Assembly: GCA_041492115.1 (NCBI GenBank)
Contig: JBGPWJ010000002.1
Span: 1-32,478, forward strand
DNA: 32,478 bases
Direction: 5' to 3'
Origin: Gammaproteobacteria bacterium
Lineage (GTDB): Bacteria; Pseudomonadota; Gammaproteobacteria; JBBQDK01
Positions 26,321 through 32,478 of this stretch are shown here, piece after piece. Position numbers and translations under genes: made by a program. Under the pieces are notes generated by a model. That model had not been told where the DNA came from. It saw only the letters and a list, made by a program, of their open reading frames with translations, and did no database searches. Within the stretch, counting starts at the first letter, position 1. Every line of letters begins with the position of its first letter.

Positions 26321-26685
26321 TGCGGGTAATTGGCCTATTGTGCCCAACTCAAGTCAAAATCCCACTTGTATGGCTGCTCAGATTATTAGGCCGTTCTATG
26401 CGCAGATGCTCTGCTCGCAATGACGTTCAGCTCACATTCAGGTCCTCAGGCTAAAATGTTGCTCAACGGTACAGCGGCGAGAGAAATCTGAGGCGCATCG
26501 ATCGCCACTTAAGAGTCATAGAGCTGGCCCCGTTTGTTTGAGCAGTCTTGCCCTGTTGGATAAGTAATGGAACGGTCGCCTCTACCTTGCACGGTATCGA
26601 AGTGCCACAGCGGAAGGCCGCGCGCCTCCATGACGCATCTTGTGGCGTCGGAATGATGGAGAGTCGAGACATCAAGGAGGCCCTT

Positions 26686-27081
26686 ATGTACAAACCGAGA
26701 TGGTGGTCGGCATTATTGTTGGGAATGTTCCTGGTGGGCATGAGCGGCGTGTCCATGGGGGACCGCGGGCACGGCGGGCACGGCGGGCATGGTCATGTGG
26801 GCGTCGGAATTATCGTCGACCCCTTCTGGTTTGGTCCCGGGTATTACCCCAGTCCTTACTACTATCCTCCCTATTACTATCCCCCATCGGTGGTGACGGT
26901 TCCTGACAGCCCCACGGAATACATTGAGCGCGAGGACAGTGTGGCGCCAGCGCCCCAGGCGTCAGCTTACTGGTATTACTGCGCCGATCCGCAAGGCTAT
27001 TACCCCTATGTGAAGCAGTGCCCGGGAGGCTGGCAGGCCGTCGCCCCACAGCCAGACACCGTGCCGCGCGAGGAGAGATAA
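26686..27081 (+). CDS. Small secreted protein with an HGG repeat, a Tyr/Pro-rich segment and a C-terminal YWYYC..P.GYYPYV..CP.GW motif
   Basis: The ATG at 26686 has AAGGAGG at 26674-26680. The signal peptide is WWSALLLGMFLVGMSGVSMG. The longer ORF-track start at 26548 lacks an RBS. Confidence 0.7.
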   Translation: MYKPRWWSALLLGMFLVGMSGVSMGDRGHGGHGGHGHVGVGIIVDPFWFGPGYYPSPYYYPPYYYPPSVVTVPDSPTEYIEREDSVAPAPQASAYWYYCADPQGYYPYVKQCPGGWQAVAPQPDTVPREER

Positions 27082-27083
27082 AC

Positions 27084-27623
27084 GTGAACCTATCGACAAA
27101 GATTTCAGCGCTTGCCTTGCCGTTGCTGATCGCCGCCTGCGTCACGATGCCGAGCGGCCCCAGCATGATGGTGTTGCCTGGTACCGGGAAGAGCTTCGAC
27201 CAATTTCACGCCGATGATATGGAATGCCGGCACTACGCCCTCGAAAGCGTTGGCGGCGTAACGCCCAGCCAGGCTGCCAGCGATAGCGGGGTGAAGAGTG
27301 CCGTGGTCGGCACGCTGGTGGGCGCTGCTGCGGGTGCAGCCATCGGTGGGCACGAAGGTGCTGGGGTGGGTGCTGGCACCGGACTCCTGGTGGGCGGTCT
27401 GGCAGGAACTGAATCCGCGCAGGCCTCGGGTTACGGCGTGCAACGCCGTTATGACATCGGCTACGTACAGTGCATGTACGCCAAAGGCCACAAGGTTCCC
27501 GTTTCCGGCCGTACCTACAGGCAATCACGCCCGGCATCCTACCCGCCACCGCCGCCCCCCGGCATACCGCGTCCCCCGGCAGGAACACCGCCTCCTCCTC
27601 CCCCCGACGTATCTTCGCCTTAG
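27084..27623 (+). CDS. Glycine-zipper lipoprotein with a poly-proline C-terminal tail
   Basis: The GTG at 27084 has AGGAGAG at 27071-27077. Features are the lipobox LLIAA|C, the Gly zipper GTLVGAAAGAAIGGHEGAGVGAGTGLLVGGLAG, the conserved RRYDIGYVQCMYAKGHKVP, and the tail PPPPPPGIPRPPAGTPPPPPP. Confidence 0.7.
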   Translation: MNLSTKISALALPLLIAACVTMPSGPSMMVLPGTGKSFDQFHADDMECRHYALESVGGVTPSQAASDSGVKSAVVGTLVGAAAGAAIGGHEGAGVGAGTGLLVGGLAGTESAQASGYGVQRRYDIGYVQCMYAKGHKVPVSGRTYRQSRPASYPPPPPPGIPRPPAGTPPPPPPDVSSP

Positions 27624-27681
27624 CCGGAATATTCGCAACCCGGCGCGGTGTTGCGCGATGGCGCCCGCGCCTTTCCAGTGG

Positions 27682-27720
27682 CTGTCGCGAATGACCGGAA
27701 CCGCCGAAGTCGGTCATTCG
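27682..27720 (+). repeat. Dispersed short repeat, copy D, containing a 10-bp perfect stem
   Basis: CTGTCGCGAATGACCGGAACCGCCGAAGTCGGTCATTCG has the same TCGCGA ... CGGTCAT spacing (26 nt, against 28-29 in A and B). CGAATGACCG (27688-27697) pairs with CGGTCATTCG (27711-27720). Confidence 0.45.
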
Positions 27721-27937
27721 TCGTAAAGGCAACTCCGGCAGATTCTCACTGAATTCGGAGCTTCCGCGATGATTGTAAAATATGTTCTTAGTTATGGTGT
27801 TTCCGATAGACTGTATTCTTGCTGATCGCAGCAAATACCCACTGCCCCGCTTACGAGGGGGAGACGGAGTTCCTCTGGAACTCATCGGGCGGGACTGTCG
27901 GGCAGCTGAATAACCCATCAAAAAATGAATCCACTGT

Positions 27938-28558
27938 GTGCTGACACATTATCTTGATCTCGCCAGTCCCTACCTGCACCAATACGGCTATTTCGCCGTG
28001 TTCGGCATGGTGCTGGTGGAGGGTTTCGGCATGCCTGCGCCGGGGCAGACCATGATCATCGCCGGCGGATTGCTTGCTGCCCGCGGCGACATGCACATCG
28101 CGGTGCTGGTGATGGTCGCGTGGACGGCCGCGGTGCTTGGCGACAATATCGGCTACGCCATCGGCCGGTATGGCGGACGCAAACTGGTGTTGCGGCACGG
28201 CGGTCGTGCAGGATTACGGGCCGCGCATCTCGAACACGTGGAGCGATTCTTTGCCCGCTACGGCGGCGGCATCGTCATTGTCGCCCGGTTCCTGGAAGTG
28301 CTGCGCCAGCTCAATGGTGTGGTTGCCGGTTTCGGCGGCATGTCATGGTCCCGGTTCCTGGTTTTCAACGCGCTCGGCGCGGCATTGTGGGTCGGTGTCT
28401 GGGGTTATGGCGTTTACCGTCTCGGGCAGCACATGGAGCAGGTGCTGGTCTGGCTGAAACTGATCGAGCCTTACCTGATCGGCGTTGGCGTGCTTGCCGT
28501 GCTCGGCCTCCTGGTTTATCTGCTGCGACGCGGTAATGGTGCTGCGCCGGTGTCGTGA
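27938..28558 (+). CDS. dedA: DedA-family (SNARE-associated) membrane protein
   Basis: A 206-aa ORF with a GTG start. YGYFAVFGMVLVEGFGMPAPGQT, LGDNIGYAIGRYGGRKL and ARF...R match the DedA signature. Confidence 0.85.
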   Translation: MLTHYLDLASPYLHQYGYFAVFGMVLVEGFGMPAPGQTMIIAGGLLAARGDMHIAVLVMVAWTAAVLGDNIGYAIGRYGGRKLVLRHGGRAGLRAAHLEHVERFFARYGGGIVIVARFLEVLRQLNGVVAGFGGMSWSRFLVFNALGAALWVGVWGYGVYRLGQHMEQVLVWLKLIEPYLIGVGVLAVLGLLVYLLRRGNGAAPVS

Positions 28559-28788
28559 TCCTGCGCAGCACTTTCGAATGGATCATAGGAAGCTTCATGC
28601 GCTATCAGGTCGTGCCGCGGCACTCCACAACGGCGTAATAACTGTTAACATGTCGCGCAGAAAGGCAATACGCTGATCCTGCCCGGCAACCTCGCCGACC
28701 TTGGCGGCATGATCGCCACGGCCATGAGTGTGGTGAAGACCCAGGGCGCGGTGCAAAGATAATCGCGTTCCGCGCAGTGGACAGGACA

Positions 28789-30054
28789 ATGAACGGGAGA
28801 GGTGTGCGGGGATTGGTTGTGCTGCTGCTGTGCCTGCTGAGCAAGGCGCTGTGGGCGGTGCAGCCCGAGACGCAGGAGGTGTTCGACCGCTACAAGGACA
28901 GTATCGTCCAGATCCGCATCCTCGAAGCATCGACCGGCGCGCGGGCGGTACTGGGTTCCGGTTTTCTGGTCAGCGACGACGGCCGCATCGTCACCAACTA
29001 CCACGTCATCTCCGATCTGATTCAAAAGCCCGGTCAGTACCGCGCCGAGATCGTGCACCCGAACGGCAAGATCGGCGCGCTGCGCGTGCTCAACTTCGAT
29101 GTTGTGCATGATCTCGCGCTGGTGCGCACCGATGTGGCGGTGTCCAATCATCTCGGTCTGAACAGTGGGCCGATCATGAAGGGGTTCCGTGTGTATGCGC
29201 TCGGCTCGCCGCTGGATCTGGGCATGACCATCGTTGAAGGCACCTACAGCGGCCTGCTTCAGGAATCACTGTACGAGAAGATTCATTTCACCGGCTCCAT
29301 CAACGCGGGCATGAGCGGCGGTCCGGCCCTGCTGGCGGACGGCAGAGTCATCGGCGTGAATGTCGCCACTGCCGGCAATCAGGTCAGCTTCCTGGTGCCG
29401 GCGGCGTATGTGAGCAAGCTGATCGAAGGCACACCGGCCGATACGCACGCCGCGCCCGGATTGGCGCAGGTCCGCGCGGAGTTGCTGCGCAATCAGGACA
29501 GCTACATGTCGCGGCTGCTGGCCGCGCCGCTGCCGACCGCCGTCATGGGGCATTACCGCGTGCCGGGCAAGATCGGGCCCTACATCAAGTGCTGGGGCGA
29601 TTCCAACCGCCAGCATGACAACCTGTTCGTGACGGTCATCCAGCAGTGCGCCACGGATGATGATCTCTATCTTTCGCGTACCCAGAATACCGGCATTGTC
29701 AGTTACAAATATGATCTGATCAGTTCCGATCAGCTCAACCGCTTCCGCTTCTACATGCTCTACGAAAAATATTTCAGCAAGCCCTACAATCCCATCATGG
29801 CGGGTAAGGAAGACGTCAGCAAATACCTCTGTCACACCGACTTCGTCGCCAACAAGGGCGTTCGGCTCAAGGCTGTGCTGTGTCTGCGCCGCTATCTGAA
29901 AATGGACGGCCTGTACGACGTCGAACTCAAGGTGGCGACGCTCGACAGCAACACGGAAGGTCTGCAGGCTTCCGTTGCGCTGGCCGGCGTCAGTTTCGAC
30001 AACGCCCTGCGCTTCACACGCGCCTATCTGGATGCCATCGCATGGACGAACTGA
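28789..30054 (+). CDS. Secreted trypsin-like serine protease (S1 fold) with a C-terminal domain of about 200 aa of unknown type
   Basis: Has a signal peptide (LVVLLLCLLSKALWA). The catalytic triad contexts are TNYHV (His), HDLALV (Asp) and GMSGGP (Ser). No PDZ domain is recognisable. The C-terminal part contains 4 Cys. The ATG at 28789 is preferred over the GTG at 28777. Confidence 0.85.
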   Translation: MNGRGVRGLVVLLLCLLSKALWAVQPETQEVFDRYKDSIVQIRILEASTGARAVLGSGFLVSDDGRIVTNYHVISDLIQKPGQYRAEIVHPNGKIGALRVLNFDVVHDLALVRTDVAVSNHLGLNSGPIMKGFRVYALGSPLDLGMTIVEGTYSGLLQESLYEKIHFTGSINAGMSGGPALLADGRVIGVNVATAGNQVSFLVPAAYVSKLIEGTPADTHAAPGLAQVRAELLRNQDSYMSRLLAAPLPTAVMGHYRVPGKIGPYIKCWGDSNRQHDNLFVTVIQQCATDDDLYLSRTQNTGIVSYKYDLISSDQLNRFRFYMLYEKYFSKPYNPIMAGKEDVSKYLCHTDFVANKGVRLKAVLCLRRYLKMDGLYDVELKVATLDSNTEGLQASVALAGVSFDNALRFTRAYLDAIAWTN

Positions 30055-31013
30055 TCGTCGTCGAGGTGCTCGATCGCGCCGGCCGGGTGACCGAGCGGGT
30101 CCGTCTTACGTCGTTCCCGGCCTGCATCGGCCGCGCCTATGACTGCGCCGTCATCATCGATGACCTGTATGTCTCGCCGCACCATCTGGCCATCGAACGC
30201 GATGCCGAGGGAAAGTTGTGCGTGGTCGATACGCAGAGTGACAACGGCATCTATCTGTCGGCCGACGGTCGGCGCGTCGCGCGTACTGCGCTGGCAGACG
30301 AAACAGGCTTGCGCATCGGCCATACGCAGCTGCGCCTGCGCCGCGCCGGTTACGCCGTGACCATGACGCTGATCGATCAGCGCAACGGCGACGCGAGCGG
30401 CCGTTCCATCAATCGCGGTCGGGTCCTCGCGGCACTGCTGCTGGTGAGCGCCGTCGCCCTGTTCGTGCAGATGAGCTGGAATACCTACACGCAACCAAAG
30501 CCGGCACAGCTGCTGTTCTATGTGTTCGTGACGATCATCATGGTGCTGACATGGGCCGGCGGCTGGGCCCTAGCGAGTCGCGTATTCGCGCACCGCCCGG
30601 CCTTCTTCGCGCATGGCGTGATCGCCACACTGGCGCTGCTGGCGTGGATGGTCTACGACATTCTCCTCGAATACTACCGATTCGCGCTGGCGGCGGAACT
30701 GTCGGCGGATATTCTCAATTACGCCGGCGCGTTCGCGCTGTTGTCGGCACTGTTCGCCGCGCATCTGCGTTTCAGTTCGGCGCACCGGCCGCGCCCGCGT
30801 CTGCTGATAAGCAGTGCGATTGCCGGCATCCTGATCGGCCTGGGTCTGCTGACGCATTATGTCGCCGGCATGGAATTCACGGCGCTGCCGGAATTCGATG
30901 GCATATTGAAACCACCGGCCTTCAGAATCAGTTCCAGCCACAACCTGGACCGCTTCTTCACCGACGCGCGGGAACTGCAGAGCATGCTCGCGCAGCTCAA
31001 GGCAGACGATTAG
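30042..31013 (+). CDS. FHA-domain protein with about 5 C-terminal TM helices
   Basis: The start MDELIVVEVLDRAGRV overlaps the protease stop by 13 nt (ATGGACGAACTGA). The FHA core reads FPACIGRAYDCAVIIDDLYVSPHHLAI...SDNGIYL. Hydrophobic helices run from about aa 125 onward. The 29880 start in the ORF track is an Arg-rich artefact inside the protease gene. Confidence 0.8.
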   Translation: MDELIVVEVLDRAGRVTERVRLTSFPACIGRAYDCAVIIDDLYVSPHHLAIERDAEGKLCVVDTQSDNGIYLSADGRRVARTALADETGLRIGHTQLRLRRAGYAVTMTLIDQRNGDASGRSINRGRVLAALLLVSAVALFVQMSWNTYTQPKPAQLLFYVFVTIIMVLTWAGGWALASRVFAHRPAFFAHGVIATLALLAWMVYDILLEYYRFALAAELSADILNYAGAFALLSALFAAHLRFSSAHRPRPRLLISSAIAGILIGLGLLTHYVAGMEFTALPEFDGILKPPAFRISSSHNLDRFFTDARELQSMLAQLKADD

Positions 31014-31021
31014 CTGCTGCC

Positions 31022-31456
31022 TCAGCCGCCGGCTAGCTGCCGCAGACACTCCAGATAACGCGCCTCGTCCGGCGCCTGTCCGCTGCGTTGGGCCTGCCAC
31101 AAGGCCTCGCCGAGGCATTCCATCATGCGATGCTCGGCCTCGTGGGCATCCTGCACGCGCGCCATCAATGCCCCGAAGGCCTCGGTAATTCCGGCGGGAC
31201 GATCCGTGGCGAGTTGCTCACGGATGGCGAGGTGCATGCCCATGTGCAGAAACGGATTGGTCTGGCCCATCTCGGGCGTGAAGTCGCGCGCCAGAGCGGC
31301 ATCGTGATCCGCGAGCAGGGCGTGATATTCAGGGTGCAGACCGATGACCGCGATCAGTTGCTGCTCCAACGCTGCGAGCGGCAGGCCCTGCTGATGTTTG
31401 TTCCAGGCCGTGTAATAAACGCGGCGGATCTCATCACGATTCTGACCGTACAGCAT
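31022..31456 (-). CDS. DUF1841-family protein
   Basis: MLYGQNRDEIRRVYYTAWNKH...HPEYHALL...NPFLHMGMHLAIREQL fits my recollection of DUF1841 proteins of about 140 aa. I therefore trimmed the ORF-track start (31570) to the ATG at 31456. Confidence 0.7.
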   Translation of the reverse strand: MLYGQNRDEIRRVYYTAWNKHQQGLPLAALEQQLIAVIGLHPEYHALLADHDAALARDFTPEMGQTNPFLHMGMHLAIREQLATDRPAGITEAFGALMARVQDAHEAEHRMMECLGEALWQAQRSGQAPDEARYLECLRQLAGG

Positions 31457-31620
31457 AGTGACACTTGCAGGGTGACCAGCCGTGAGCATAACCCGGCACA
31501 CGCCGGCAGGGCCAGCACCGTTGTCCTCTTGATAACACTTGGCTTCTCGATTAGGCTCGGTTAAGGGCATGCCTTTCTGATGCTGACGAAAGTAGCCCGG
31601 GTGAAGCCTTGAATTGATTC

Positions 31621-31669
31621 CCCCTCACCCTGGCCCTCTCCCGTCGGGAGAGGGGACTCTCCTTTTCAA
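31621..31669 (-). repeat. REP-like hairpin, copy 3 (inverted relative to copy 2)
   Basis: The reverse complement TTGAAAAGGAGAGTCCCCTCTCCCGACGGGAGAGGG matches copy 2 with its flank (8829-8864) at 32 of 36 positions. The stem is 31634-31642 with 31646-31654. Confidence 0.75.
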
Positions 31670-31701
31670 TGCGGCTTAACCCGCAGCCTATCAGAGCACC
31701 C

Positions 31702-32331
31702 ATGGATTACACTGAATACACAAAATTTCTGATCGGCCTGCTGGCCATCGTCAACCCGTTCGGCGCCATACCTATTTTCGTCGCGCTGACGTCTGATGTG
31801 CAGGATGATGAGCGCAAACGCATCACTCGGATCATCGTGGTTGCGGTCACGACGATCCTGCTGGTGTCGCTGATGTTCGGTGAGAGAGTGCTGCTCTTCT
31901 TCGGTATCACCATCAACTCATTCACGGTTGGTGGCGGGATACTTATCATGCTGATGGCGGTCTCCATGGTGCAGGCGCGCATCAGTCCGGTGTCGCACAC
32001 CAAGGAGGAGGCGCGCGAAAGCGAATCCAAGACATCCGTGGCCGTGGTGCCACTGGCTATGCCGCTGCTGGCCGGGCCGGGCGCCATCAGCACGGTGATT
32101 CTCTATGCGCACAAGGATGCGGGCGTGAGTCATTATCTGATGATGGGGATCGATATCCTGATTCTGGCGGGCGTGCTGTGGACGGTGTTGCAACTCGTCC
32201 CGTGGATATCCCGGCATGTCAGCCAGACCGGCATCAATATCTTCACGCGCATCATGGGGCTTATATTGATGGCGATTGCCATTGAGTTCATCGCCAATGG
32301 CATGAAAGGATTGTTTCCGGCGCTGGGGTGA
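31702..32331 (+). CDS. marC: MarC-family (UPF0056/NAAT) integral membrane protein
   Basis: The N-terminal FLIGLLAIVNPFGAIPIFVALT motif and six predicted TM helices fit the family. The ATG at 31702 is preferred over 31669. Confidence 0.85.
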   Translation: MDYTEYTKFLIGLLAIVNPFGAIPIFVALTSDVQDDERKRITRIIVVAVTTILLVSLMFGERVLLFFGITINSFTVGGGILIMLMAVSMVQARISPVSHTKEEARESESKTSVAVVPLAMPLLAGPGAISTVILYAHKDAGVSHYLMMGIDILILAGVLWTVLQLVPWISRHVSQTGINIFTRIMGLILMAIAIEFIANGMKGLFPALG

Positions 32332-32371
32332 TGAAAGGCTCACGGGGCATGGATTATCCGGACATCTACCT

Positions 32372-32478
32372 ATGTACAAGGGTGAGCGACTCAACGGCAT
32401 CAGCCACCTGATCGGCGCGGCCGGTGCGCTCGCCGGTCTGGCGGTGCTCGTGGTGCTGGCGGCGCGTCAGGGCGACCC
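32372..32478 (+). CDS. Hemolysin III / PAQR-family membrane protein, 5' fragment (runs off the window)
   Basis: MYKGERLNGISHLIGAAGALAGLAVLVVLAARQGD has the E..N..SH..G motif followed by the first TM helix, typical of YqfA/Hly-III proteins. Only 35 codons are visible. Confidence 0.55.
   Translation, partial: MYKGERLNGISHLIGAAGALAGLAVLVVLAARQGD

Noticed and set aside
23423-27733. Chromosomal integron cassette array, with the short repeats as attC sites.
   Set aside because: No intI or attI is in the window. RYYYAAC-like heptamers near copies A (23498-23504) and B (26342-26348) sit at inconsistent distances from the conserved core. Copy D lacks such a heptamer, and the repeats lack the paired R''/L''-L'/R' symmetry. 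I keep only the neutral description as repeat-bounded cassettes.

Overview
This window is a high-GC chromosomal segment from a Gram-negative bacterium (probably a proteobacterium), with two visibly AT-richer accessory patches at about 1-2750 and 23214-27930. GC was judged by eye, not computed. I saw no rRNA, tRNA, CRISPR array or intact transposase.

The core genes are mostly ordinary:
- Regulation and envelope: a LysR regulator, PBP7-type endopeptidase (pbpG), an FKBP PPIase, a VirJ-type hydrolase, DedA, MarC and a partial hemolysin-III-type gene.
- Other housekeeping: SelO, a NERD-domain protein, a HIT protein, Ppx/GppA, CysK, a P2-type cation ATPase and a DUF1841 protein.

Three core modules deserve attention:
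1. A sulfur-trafficking operon: DsrE-like, TusA, an SQR-like flavoprotein that lacks the second redox Cys, and DUF1641. A perfect 18-bp palindrome sits in its leader.
2. A three-gene envelope module: an exported cupredoxin-like protein with a full type-1 Cu ligand set, an inner-membrane HAMP protein with a degenerate GGDEF and an intact EAL domain, and a putative outer-membrane barrel.
3. A secreted trypsin-like protease translationally coupled to an FHA-domain polytopic membrane protein.

The best candidate for something undescribed is the accessory patch at 23.2-27.7 kb. It carries an internally duplicated lipoprotein that is 11.6 percent Met, then a His-Gly and Tyr-Pro-rich secreted protein, then a glycine-zipper lipoprotein. 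These are separated by degenerate copies of one short repeat and lie next to a remnant resembling an IS91-family transposase.

A second, unrelated repeat, a REP-like hairpin, occurs three times in the core. All functional calls rest on motif recognition from the translations; no searches were run.
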